Shown: piece after piece, positions 53,101 through 62,425 of the stretch
How the letters are laid out: each line of letters opens with the position of its first letter
Position numbering within the stretch: position 1 is the first letter of the stretch
DNA from: an uncultured cyanobacterium
GTDB lineage: Bacteria; Cyanobacteriota; Cyanobacteriia; Leptolyngbyales; Leptolyngbyaceae
Reading direction: 5' to 3'
Assembly: GCA_963766075.1 (NCBI GenBank)
Contig: CAVYAN010000072.1
Span: forward strand, 32,001 to 96,000
Length of the DNA stretch: 64,000 nucleotides
Translations under genes and position numbers: made by a program
The notes under the pieces: model-generated
What the model was told of the DNA's origin: nothing
Seen by the model: the letters and a program-made list of their open reading frames with translations, nothing else
The model's database searches: none

Positions 53101-54666
53101 ATGACAGATTCAACTGATTGCACTCCAAGGCTTCCCAGTGACGCGATGATGACCGCGCCCACCGAGACCAGTCCTGCGCCTGAGCAGCTTGCCGTCCCGC
53201 TCAATCTTGAGGGCACACCCGACTCTCGGGCGATCGCCCAGGATTTTCTGGAACACTATGAATCCTTTGTCGATGGGGCTCATGATCATTGGCTGTCTTG
53301 GCAAACACCGCCCTTCTACGTGGAGGATACCCCGGTCACCGAATCGCGGGTCTGGGCTAAGGCGGGCGTAGCGGGCATGGTGGGGCTAGCTGCCATGACT
53401 GCCGCCAGTGTGCTGCTGCCACAGGATACCGTGTCCGCGATCGCCCAAGTGCCCCAAAAGCTCCCCTCGCCTGCGGTCGCACCGAATTCTGCGACCTCCT
53501 CACCCCAAGTGGCACTGCCCGCCCTACCGAGCATAACGGCGATCGCCCCCGCCGAAGTCCTGCCGCAGGTTTCGTCTTTCACCGCCACAGCCGCAGACCC
53601 CGCCCCAACATTGACCATTCCGGCAGTAAGCAGTCCAGCAATTCGCTCCCCCTGGCCCGCTGGACAAGTTATTGGGCAGCAACCGTCTGGTGTGGCACAG
53701 GCGGGCCTGCCCCAGGCTCAATTCGCCTTAACAAAATTACCGCAGCTCGCATTACCCAAAATCAACTTACCTCAGATTCAATCGTCACAAATTCAGTCGT
53801 CACAGATTGAGTCAACAAAGATTGAGTCAACAAAGATTGAATCAACAAAGATTAAATCAACAAAGATTGAATCGTCACAGGCCAATCTATCGTCGGTACA
53901 ATTACCACAGCCTGAATCGTTCCAGAGAAAATCATCCCTAGGCGAATCATCCACAACAGCATCACCACAGCCGGCATTATTACGGGAGATAGGTGCCCCC
54001 TTGACCATTGGCACTCCCCAAGCCATGCCATCGACAGAATGGTCACCAGGAAGCGGCCTCAATGCCATCCAAAGTCCTTCGTCGGCAGAGCCTGAGCCCA
54101 CCACCACCTTCCACCCCCCAGCAGAGCCGAGTACTGAAAAACAGCCAACGCTGGCTGCACCGGGGGCCTCCGGGGTGTTGCCACAGCCCAGCACACCCGT
54201 TGTTCCTGAGTTCACCGAAACCCACCTAAATCAAACGGGGAATCCGTCTTTGGCCGCAATCAAACTGCCGGGAGTGTTCTCAATCAATCCATCGCCACAG
54301 GTCCATCAGGCGATCGCCACGGCCCAGACGTTGCAAGACTTCCTGAAACTATCCCAGAAAATCCCCGAAAACGCCCAGGCGGTGCTATCGCTGACGCCCC
54401 AAGCAGCGCTAGCTGTACCCAATGCGCCGATGGTAGCGAATCTACCTGCCACCGGTGAGCAGAGCGGCCCCCAGGATCAGACAGGATCCCAGAATCAGAC
54501 CCCAGCCACTGAGCACTCTCTACCGTCATTCCAGGTCTTTCGATTGCCAGCCACCTTATATCAAAAAGCCTGGATCGCGCTAACGCAGACCAATGGCCAA
54601 GCCGCTGTACCCACGCATGGCTTCATCGACTATCAAGAACGAGCCATTGTTTTGCCCTCTCTCTAA
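53101..54666 (+). CDS. Hypothetical single-TM Pro/Ser/Thr-rich protein in the EPS locus (track start 52948)
   Basis: Long ORF; hydrophobic segment AGVAGMVGLAAMTAASVLL; low-complexity body; compact C-terminus PTHGFIDYQERAIVLP. Confidence 0.7.
   Translation: MTDSTDCTPRLPSDAMMTAPTETSPAPEQLAVPLNLEGTPDSRAIAQDFLEHYESFVDGAHDHWLSWQTPPFYVEDTPVTESRVWAKAGVAGMVGLAAMTAASVLLPQDTVSAIAQVPQKLPSPAVAPNSATSSPQVALPALPSITAIAPAEVLPQVSSFTATAADPAPTLTIPAVSSPAIRSPWPAGQVIGQQPSGVAQAGLPQAQFALTKLPQLALPKINLPQIQSSQIQSSQIESTKIESTKIESTKIKSTKIESSQANLSSVQLPQPESFQRKSSLGESSTTASPQPALLREIGAPLTIGTPQAMPSTEWSPGSGLNAIQSPSSAEPEPTTTFHPPAEPSTEKQPTLAAPGASGVLPQPSTPVVPEFTETHLNQTGNPSLAAIKLPGVFSINPSPQVHQAIATAQTLQDFLKLSQKIPENAQAVLSLTPQAALAVPNAPMVANLPATGEQSGPQDQTGSQNQTPATEHSLPSFQVFRLPATLYQKAWIALTQTNGQAAVPTHGFIDYQERAIVLPSL
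53776..53880 (+). repeat. In-frame 15-bp tandem repeat x7 encoding IQSSQ/IESTK units
   Basis: ATT(C/G/A)A(A/G)TC(G/A)(T/A)CA(C/A)A(A/G) units directly visible. Confidence 0.9.
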
Positions 54667-54712
54667 ATCACCCTGAATCCTACCATCACATCTCACCACC
54701 CGGACTACGCCC

Positions 54713-56884
54713 ATGGATACTACTGACTTCTCAGAAGAATTAAATTTTGGCAAATACTGGCTCGTGCTCAAACGGCGTTGGCTGCTGATTGCATTGATTT
54801 CCGGCACGACGTTAGGATTGGCCACGGTCTGGACCCTCCGACAACCTCCCATTTACGAAGCAACAGGGAAATTGTTATTTAAAGCCAACAAAACCTCCAA
54901 CCTGATTGGGATTCAGGCCGATTCCGGCAAACTGGAAGCCCTGACCCAAAAAGGCGATCCGCTGAGCACAGAAGCGGAAATTTTGCGATCGCAGCCGATC
55001 ATCGAAGCCGCCCTAAAAGGGTCAAATTTGCGCAATTCCCGAGGCCAACGCCTAGATCCAAAGGCTGTAGCGGGTAGACTCAGCGTTAAGCCAGTTGTGG
55101 GCACCGATATTTTACAAGTTAACTACACAGCCAATGATGCCCAATTGGCGGCAGCGGTGATTAATCAAGTTATGAAGGCGTATCTCAACAACAATGTTGT
55201 GGTCAATCGAGCCGAAGCCGTCGCCGCCCGAAAGTTTATTATCGATCAATTGCCCGCTACGGAAGCGGCGGTCAATCGGGCTGAAGCTAATCTACGGCAG
55301 TTTAAAGAAGCTAATGGCATTGTGGTGCTCGATCAAGAAGCGATCGCTTCAGTCCAAGGACTATCAGCCCTCGACAAAGAAATCACCACAGCCCGAGCGG
55401 CCCTCGGCAAAGCCAATGCCCAAACCTCGGCCCTGCGTAGCCAAGTGGGAATGGATGCCCGCACTGCCCTAACCCTGAATTCTTTAAACCAGTCTGACGG
55501 CGTTCAAAAAGCACTCACCGAGTGGCAGTTGGTGCAGTCGCAACTGGCTAAACAAAAGACGCTGTACCGTGATGGCTATCCAGTGGTGTCGCAGTTACAG
55601 CGACAAGAAGCTGCTGCCAAGTCTGTTTTACAGGATCGGGTCGCTGGCATTGTGGGGCAGAATATCACGGTCGATCCCGGCAGTCTCCAATTGGGCACCA
55701 CGCGTCAAGAACTCGTCCTTTCCCTGGCGCAGGCGGAGACCGAGCGGTTGGGGTTAGCCAATACCCTAGATTCCCTGACCCAATCCCAGGCGACCTTTGC
55801 GGCGCGATCGCAAAGTATTCCGGCCTTAGAAAAAACCCAGCGACAACTCGAACGAAAACTCGATGCCGCCCAAACCACCTACAAAACGCTCTTGACCAAA
55901 CTCCAAGAGGTCCAAGTCACGGAAAATCAAACCATTGGCAATGCCCGAATTGTGGCCACTGCCGATGTTCCCGAATTTCCGATTGGGCCGAAGGTGTTGA
56001 TTAATTTGCTAGCGGGCGGGATCGTGGGCGTGCTATTGGGCATATCCGCCGCGTTTCTGCTGGACTATGCGGATCAGTCTGTTAAAACCTTGGGTGAAGC
56101 CAAAACGCTGTTTCCTTATCCCTTATTGGGGGTGATTCCGACGATCGCCACCGCGAGCAAAGCAGCAACGGCCTCCGCCATGCCCCAATTGGTCACCCGC
56201 GATCGCCCCGATTTCGGGGCACAGGAAGCCTACCAAATGCTCCAGGCCAATTTACGCTTCTTGACCTCCGATCAGCCTTTGCGAGCGATCGTCGTCACCA
56301 GTACCATGCGTCAGGAAGGCAAGTCCACCGTAGCTGCCAACTTAGCCACCGCCATGGCCCAGGGACAACGGCGGGTACTGTTGGTGGATGCCGATTTGCG
56401 GCATCCCTGCCAGCACCATGTTTGGGATATCAATAATTTGATTGGCCTGAGCAATGTGATTGTAGGTCAAGTTGAATTCACACGAGCCATCCAGTCCGTA
56501 ACCTCCCATTTGGATGTGCTATCAGCAGGGGTCACGCCCCCCAATCCCATTGCCTTACTCGATTCCCAGCGGATGGCCAGCTTGATTGCCACAGCAGTGG
56601 AACAGTATGACTTTGTGATTTTGGATGCCCCGGCGTTATCGGGCACGGCAGATGCCACAGTCCTCAATAAAATGACCGATGGCAGTTTGCTGGTGGTGCG
56701 CCCCGGAGCCATCCAGGCCAGTGCTGGCAAAACGGCCATCCAGTTTCTAGCCCAGTCCGGCCAAACGGTGTTAGGCATGGTGATTAATCATTTTGATGTG
56801 CGAAAAGAACCCGATAGCTATTTCTACTACACCCAAGAGCAACAATTGCAGACTCCAGTCAGTGCTGATGCCGTGAATGGGTAG
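54713..56884 (+). CDS. wzc: Polysaccharide co-polymerase / BY-kinase (Wzc/GumC)
   Basis: Two TM segments around a coiled coil; EGKST, VDADLRHP, ILDAP, C-terminal Tyr cluster SYFYY. Confidence 0.93.
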   Translation: MDTTDFSEELNFGKYWLVLKRRWLLIALISGTTLGLATVWTLRQPPIYEATGKLLFKANKTSNLIGIQADSGKLEALTQKGDPLSTEAEILRSQPIIEAALKGSNLRNSRGQRLDPKAVAGRLSVKPVVGTDILQVNYTANDAQLAAAVINQVMKAYLNNNVVVNRAEAVAARKFIIDQLPATEAAVNRAEANLRQFKEANGIVVLDQEAIASVQGLSALDKEITTARAALGKANAQTSALRSQVGMDARTALTLNSLNQSDGVQKALTEWQLVQSQLAKQKTLYRDGYPVVSQLQRQEAAAKSVLQDRVAGIVGQNITVDPGSLQLGTTRQELVLSLAQAETERLGLANTLDSLTQSQATFAARSQSIPALEKTQRQLERKLDAAQTTYKTLLTKLQEVQVTENQTIGNARIVATADVPEFPIGPKVLINLLAGGIVGVLLGISAAFLLDYADQSVKTLGEAKTLFPYPLLGVIPTIATASKAATASAMPQLVTRDRPDFGAQEAYQMLQANLRFLTSDQPLRAIVVTSTMRQEGKSTVAANLATAMAQGQRRVLLVDADLRHPCQHHVWDINNLIGLSNVIVGQVEFTRAIQSVTSHLDVLSAGVTPPNPIALLDSQRMASLIATAVEQYDFVILDAPALSGTADATVLNKMTDGSLLVVRPGAIQASAGKTAIQFLAQSGQTVLGMVINHFDVRKEPDSYFYYTQEQQLQTPVSADAVNG

Positions 56885-56958
56885 TTTTGCTTGCTGATTC
56901 AATGGGTTGTTAAGGAGCTTGGTTATTCAGGAGTTGGGTTGTTAAGGAGCAAAGGTTA

Positions 56959-58011
56959 ATGGTCAAGACAAAGCAATTTTTAAGTTCGGCGTGGGCGATC
57001 GCCGTTGTTCTCGGCGCAACGGCGATTTGTCCGCCGCCAGCCCAGGCCGTCACCCTGGAGCAGCCGTCACCAAAGACGATCTATTCCGGTTACCTGCTGG
57101 GTGCAGGAGATCAAATTGAAATCTCGGTCCCTGGCTACCAGGATTTTACCGGACCCCGCGTGATTCTACCCGATGGCACGATTTCCTTACCGGTGATCGG
57201 CTCGGTGATGGCCATTGATCGCACGTCTGATCAATTAGCGAAGGACCTTCAGGCGAAATTAGGATCATTTTTAGTGGATCCGATCGTCACTGTCAGCTTG
57301 TCTACGTTACGTCCCGTAGTGGTGAATGTAGCGGGAGAAGTGCAACGTCCAGGCCCACTTCAGCTTCGGAGCCTGACCACGACTACGTTTAAGACCTCGG
57401 GCAGTAGTGTGACCAGTGGACTGGAGGGCGTGCCCACACTCAGCTCAGCTCTCACGGAAGCGGGCGGTGTGACCCGCAATGCTGACATTCGTCAGGTAAT
57501 ATTGCGGCGTACCCTCCCCGGAGGGCAGACCACCAGCGTGACGGTGAATCTGTGGGATGCAATTTGGTCTGACAAGCAACCCGAAGATCTGGTGCTGCGG
57601 GCGGGCGATGCCATTTATGTTCCCAAGTTACCCGAGGGCGCGGTCTTCGATCGCCGATTGCTGGCGCGATCGCGCTTGGCCCCGGCCACGGTGCGGGTGC
57701 GCGTCGTCGGCGAAGTCAACCGACCGGGAGAACTGCTGATTTCACCGGACAGTACCTTATCGAGTGCGATCGCCAATGCGGGCGGTTTTACCAAGGATGC
57801 TAGACCCAGGGAAGTGCGGTTAGTGCGGCTGAATGACCAGGGGCAAATCGATACGCAGGCAATTGATTTAACCCGCCTCAATGACACGCTCCAGGTCCAG
57901 GAAGGAGATGTCCTGGTTGTCCCGGAGAAAGGGCGATCGTCCTTCCTGCGGGTGTTAGGTCAGGTGTTGAGTCCCGTCGGCAGTTTGCTGAATATTATCC
58001 GGGGTTTCTGA
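56959..58011 (+). CDS. wza: Polysaccharide export protein (Wza-like; Poly_export and SLBB domains)
   Basis: YLLGAGDQI, PDGTISLPVIG, V.GEV.RPG and AGG SLBB repeats. Confidence 0.9.
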   Translation: MVKTKQFLSSAWAIAVVLGATAICPPPAQAVTLEQPSPKTIYSGYLLGAGDQIEISVPGYQDFTGPRVILPDGTISLPVIGSVMAIDRTSDQLAKDLQAKLGSFLVDPIVTVSLSTLRPVVVNVAGEVQRPGPLQLRSLTTTTFKTSGSSVTSGLEGVPTLSSALTEAGGVTRNADIRQVILRRTLPGGQTTSVTVNLWDAIWSDKQPEDLVLRAGDAIYVPKLPEGAVFDRRLLARSRLAPATVRVRVVGEVNRPGELLISPDSTLSSAIANAGGFTKDARPREVRLVRLNDQGQIDTQAIDLTRLNDTLQVQEGDVLVVPEKGRSSFLRVLGQVLSPVGSLLNIIRGF

Positions 58012-58320
58012 TCGGCGAGGCCCTTTCCCCAGAGCTTCAGGTCTCTCGTCAACGCTCAATCCACCCCTCGGCATTCGGCGCGGGGAAGACTTGATATTTT
58101 CAATTTTTCCGCCAAGGAAATAGTCCGGACTATTGCGTGAAAATATACGGCAATGAGTTAGAACCCAAATCGGTTTAAAGCTTAGGTGAACTTCCGGAAG
58201 TTACCAAGATAGGGTGAAATCTATATACATAATGAACGTAATAGGGAACACCTTTTAACCGACGACAAAATAGCCAACAGCAAAAATAGAGAATTAACCT
58301 GGAATAGTTTTTCATGCACC

Positions 58321-58398
58321 CGGTTACCCTGCGGGAAGCAAGCTAAGACTCCACTCAACCCTAATTGTCCCAGTGGGCTGAGCGTAGTCGAAGCCCAC
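58321..58398. repeat. Second small dispersed repeat composite (TACCCTGCGGGAAGCAAGCTA plus the GTGGGCTGAGCGTAGTCGAAGCCCAC hairpin)
   Basis: The core matches 24358..24378 at 19 of 21 positions. Confidence 0.7.
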
Positions 58399-58609
58399 GA
58401 CAGGGTACCACTGCCAGATCTTTGTTTGCCCAGTTAATCGCTACCAATCCCTAGCCCGCAACCTGAAATTATCGATTAGACATCTACCCCAAAAGCGTAA
58501 CGCTGGACGCATTTTCACCCCGGCCTTGTCATTCTACTATCTTTCATTCCAGCCGACTATAGGGCTACACGATCGCAGAACGCTTCTCTTACTTCATTAG
58601 CACCTGGAA

Positions 58610-58924
58610 ATGAACCCGCTAACATCCAATTTTGAACTCTTAAAAACGGCTTCGGTGGTTGCATCCAGCGACCAGATTTCATCTGACTTGGGGGGCGAGT
58701 CTGTCATCCTCAATTTAAAGTCTGGCACCTATTTCGGCTTGAATGAAGTGGGCAGCCGGGTGTGGGAGCTGATTCAATCGCCCCGCCGCTTTGCCGACCT
58801 GTCCATGACGCTTTGCCATGAGTATCTAGTGGACTCTGAGGTTTGCGATCGCGACTTGATGACACTTTTACAAGAGCTGCATACAGCAGGCTTAATTCAG
58901 GTGAGTCATGGAGAAGCTACGTAG
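58610..58924 (+). CDS. Lasso peptide RRE (PqqD-family, B1 protein)
   Basis: DLGGESVILNLKSGTYFGLNEVGSRVWELI ... L..EY.V ... D...LL.EL...GLI. Confidence 0.92.
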   Translation: MNPLTSNFELLKTASVVASSDQISSDLGGESVILNLKSGTYFGLNEVGSRVWELIQSPRRFADLSMTLCHEYLVDSEVCDRDLMTLLQELHTAGLIQVSHGEAT

Positions 58925-59363
58925 AAAACTGCATCGGCTGCGGCAGATAGGCGGACACGGTGTCTGGCTATTGATGATGGCGTTTATCGTGCTGGGAGCC
59001 GTGCGATTGGGGCTTTGGCTGTTGCCCTTTCATCGGGTGCTGCGGGGGTGCGAGACAGTCAGCCAACTCTCGATTCTGCGCCGCCAAGCTTGCTTCGCGG
59101 TGGCCGATCTCATTTGGGCGGTGAATTGCAGCAGTCGCTACATGCCGGGTGGCGTGAAATGTCTAGCCCGCGCGTTAACCACAAAGGTACTGATGCAGCA
59201 GCAAGGGTATGTTCCAGAGTTGAAAATTGGTGTCCGCAAGAGCAGTCAAGGTCACCTAGAGGCCCATGCCTGGATTGACTATAACGGTCACATCGTGATG
59301 GGCAATGTAATGGATTTACCGCGCTATCTGCCGTTACCCTCGCTGGGAGGGATACAACCATGA
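58908..59363 (+). CDS. Lasso peptide leader protease (B2, transglutaminase-like)
   Basis: KCLARAL (catalytic Cys), LKIGV, AHAWID; overlaps both flanking genes. Confidence 0.92.
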   Translation: MEKLRRKLHRLRQIGGHGVWLLMMAFIVLGAVRLGLWLLPFHRVLRGCETVSQLSILRRQACFAVADLIWAVNCSSRYMPGGVKCLARALTTKVLMQQQGYVPELKIGVRKSSQGHLEAHAWIDYNGHIVMGNVMDLPRYLPLPSLGGIQP

Positions 59364-61379
59364 GTGGGATTGTTGGCTTTTATCACTTCAATCCGCCTCG
59401 CTTAAACCCGCCCGCGATCGCCACCAAGGCCCTGCAACACATGGTGGCAGCCCTAAAGCATCGGGGGCCAGATGGATCAGACGTCTGGCAATCGGGCGCA
59501 ATTGGGCTGGGGCATTGTCTGCTACGGACAACGCCCGAGTCTTTGGTGGAATCAATGCCCTATCACCACAACAATTTAGTCATCACCGCCGATGCCCGCA
59601 TTGACAATCGTGAAGAATTGCAGGTTCTTTTAGGGCTATCCCCGCAGTCCTTGGCAAAAATGCCCGATAGCCAGTTTATTTTAGCGGCCTATGAGAAATG
59701 GGGAACAGCCTGTCCCGAATATCTTTTGGGTGACTTTGCCTTTGCCATTTGGGATGGCGATCGGCAACAGCTTTTCTGTGCGCGGGATCACCTGGGGGTG
59801 AAGCCATTTTACTACTATGCCTCGCCTCAACTCTTTGTTTTTGCCTCAGAAATTAAAGCGCTATTTTGTTTGCCAGAAGTGCCCCGGCGGCTGAACGAAG
59901 TGCGGATGGGCGACTTTTTGGCCCTGAGTTTGGATGATCTGGTCCTGACCAGCTATCAAGATATTGTGCGGTTGCCGCCCGCCACTGGCATGATCGTGAA
60001 TGCAGCGGGTGTCCGACTGCAAACCTACTGGACGCTGGATCCCCAGCGGGAGTTGCGTCTAGACTCTGATGAAGCCTATGCCCAAACCTTTCGGCATATT
60101 TTTACTGAAGCGGTTCGCTGTCGGCTGCGGAGTGCGTTTCCCATCGGCAGTCACCTGAGCGGCGGCTTGGATTCGTCGTCGGTGGCCTGTGTGGCTCGTA
60201 ATCTGTTGCAGGCGGAGCAGCAACCATTGCATACGCTGTCTTTAATCTTTGACGCCGTGCCACAGTGTGATGAGCGTTCCTATATCAATACTGTGCTCGC
60301 CCAAGGCGGCATGATCCCCCACTTTATTCATGGCGATCAGTTCAGCGCTTTGTCCAATCTGGATGAAGTGTTTGAGTATGAAGATGAGGCCCTGCTGGGT
60401 CCGAGCCATAGCTATCCCTGGTATCTGAATCAGTTGGCCAGTCAACACAATTTGCGTGTCTGCTTAGATGGTTTCGATGGCGATACGGCGGTGGGACATG
60501 GCGTCCGACGGCTGACGGAATTGGCGCTGCACCTGCAATGGGAGACCTTTGCCCATGAAGCCCGCAGTGTGGCGATTCACTTTGCGGGGTTGGGAGCGTC
60601 GCCCCAGGGCTTACTCGTGAACCATGGGTTTCCAGCATTGCGGCAGTTTGCGCGGCGGGGGCAGTGGCTGAAGTTTGGGCGATCGCTGAATCAAATCCAC
60701 CGCCATTTCAACATTTCACGCAAGGCACTCCTGAAGGAATGCGGCCTCAAAGCCTTGATTCCCGCTGGGCTACAACGGCACTGGCAGCGGCGACAGACAT
60801 CATCCCCGGCCCGTCTTAGCCCCCTTGGCGAATCGGGCCTTTGCCAAGCGGATTGGCCTGGAGCAACGTCTGGGGAAATTGAACACCGCTGTCCCCATGA
60901 CCGTGCGCCAAGAGCAGTGGCAAGCCCTGACCCAGGGCTGCATGGCCTACACCCTGGAACAGGTCGATCAATTTGCCGCCCGGTTTGGAGTGGAAATGCG
61001 CCATCCGTTCATGGACAAGCGGCTAGTGGAGTTTTGCTTGGCGCTCCCGGCAGAGCAAAAGCTGTGCGACGGCTGGACGCGGATGATTATGCGGCGAGGG
61101 TTGGAGGGAATATTGCCGGAGGAAATTCAGTGGCGGGGCGGCAAAATGAATGCTACGCCTAACTTTGTGGATGGGTTGGTGAATCGCGATCGCCAGCTTC
61201 TGGACGCGGTCATGACGTCTAAACTGACGTATCTCCAGGATATGGCGGATTTAGAGGTCCTGACTGCGGCTTACCAGCGCATTACGGCTCAGTCCCCCGC
61301 TCCAGAGGCCGATCACATCCTGGTGTGGCAAGGGGCGAGTCTGGCCGCTTGGCTAGAGCATCACGACTCGATGTTCTAG
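59360..61379 (+). CDS. Lasso peptide isopeptide-forming cyclase (asparagine-synthetase-like); +1 frameshift in the C5 run at 60820-60824
   Basis: MSGIVG (Ser in place of the glutaminase Cys), HRGPDG, RDHLGVKP, LSGGLDSS, DGFDGD. Track ORF 60825..61379 supplies RHPFMDKRLVEF...LPEEIQWR..K. Confidence 0.9.
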
Positions 61380-61532
61380 GTCATGGGCTCAGGCGAGCGG
61401 GTTCAAGTTTCGGGGTGTATTTGGAGTGGATTCAGGGGTGGATCTGTAGGGTTTTCATTAGATTTAACCTCTGCCCATTCAACGACAATGGATTGACGAT
61501 AGCAATTTAAAAAGAAAAAAGAGGAAAAACCT

Positions 61533-61694
61533 ATGAAACCCTACAATCGGCCCCAACTGACGGTCTACGGCACGGCCAAAACGATCACGCAAGGGTTTGA
61601 TCACCACAATGATAAGGAGATGGCTCCGCTCGTGGCAGAAGCAATGCACGACCGCGACCACCGCCCCCGGAACGGTTCCTGCGATTTCGGTTGA
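61533..61694 (+). CDS. Lasso peptide precursor A1 (53 aa; absent from the ORF track)
   Basis: MKPYNRPQLTVYGTAKTITQ|GFDHHNDKEMAPLVAEAMHDRDHRPRNGSCDFG. YxxPxL leader, Thr at -2, Gly1, Asp7/Glu9 acceptors; GAGGA RBS. Confidence 0.85.
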   Translation: MKPYNRPQLTVYGTAKTITQGFDHHNDKEMAPLVAEAMHDRDHRPRNGSCDFG

Positions 61695-61844
61695 TGCGCG
61701 CTTGAAAAGTTGGGCAAGCACCCTTGGCAGGCCCAAATAAAGCATGGAAGCGATTCCTGTCTTGATCTGGGCCGTAAGTCCAATCAGAAAGGGGCACTAC
61801 CGGACCATGTTTGACATTCAATCTACGAAAATTAGGAGACTCCT

Positions 61845-62069
61845 ATGAAGAAGTACAAAAGTCCCCGGTTGGTGACCTACGGCAACGTAGAAACCTTAAC
61901 CCAAGCCAATGGAAACGGCTCAGCTAACGATTTCTTTATCTTTACGGGTGATATTACTGGTCAGGTTCCAGGCTCAACCTTTGGAGCATCTGGATCAGGT
62001 AACGTAAATGCAACACCACCTTCCATAAAAAATAGCCTGTTTCTAGCCTTAGAAGCGTTAATACGTTAG
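61845..62069 (+). CDS. Lasso peptide precursor A2 (74 aa)
   Basis: MKKYKSPRLVTYGNVETLTQ|ANGNGSANDFF... YxxPxL leader, Thr at -2, Asp9; AGGAG RBS. Confidence 0.88.
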   Translation: MKKYKSPRLVTYGNVETLTQANGNGSANDFFIFTGDITGQVPGSTFGASGSGNVNATPPSIKNSLFLALEALIR

Positions 62070-62425
62070 CGGATTGGAGGGTTATCTACGGATACACCCA
62101 AAACCAAGACCAGGGACCAATACATTGGGGTAGTTTGGGGGAGGCAATTGGCACTTGCCCCGTGCCAATTACTCAACGCCAGAGAGCCACTTTTATTGGT
62201 CCCTTTTCTCACTCCATTAGTTCTTTTCCAGCCTATTCTTTTCCACCCTATTGATTCTATTGAATCGCTCAGTCATTCGTTATCAACGTGCATTACAGAA
62301 GACGATGTAACACAGATGCTTTCCAAAATTGAAGCAAATAACACGAGGCCATGAACCTAATCCCTAGATAGTTTATTGAATCAAAACTCAATTCGACTTG
62401 TAACTTTATGTAAAACTAATAATCT

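Noticed and set aside
59360..61379. Annotation as asparagine synthetase AsnB
   Set aside because: Ser replaces the N-terminal catalytic Cys, and the gene is coupled to the RRE, B2 protease and precursors.
61695..61814. Open in-frame continuation after the TGA of precursor A1 (CALEK...HGSDSCLDLG...), possible read-through or selenocysteine
   Set aside because: No SECIS-like hairpin recognised, and a 39-codon open stretch can arise by chance.
62148..62354. 68-aa ORF as a third lasso precursor
   Set aside because: It lacks the YxxPxL leader and the Thr(-2)/acceptor pattern.
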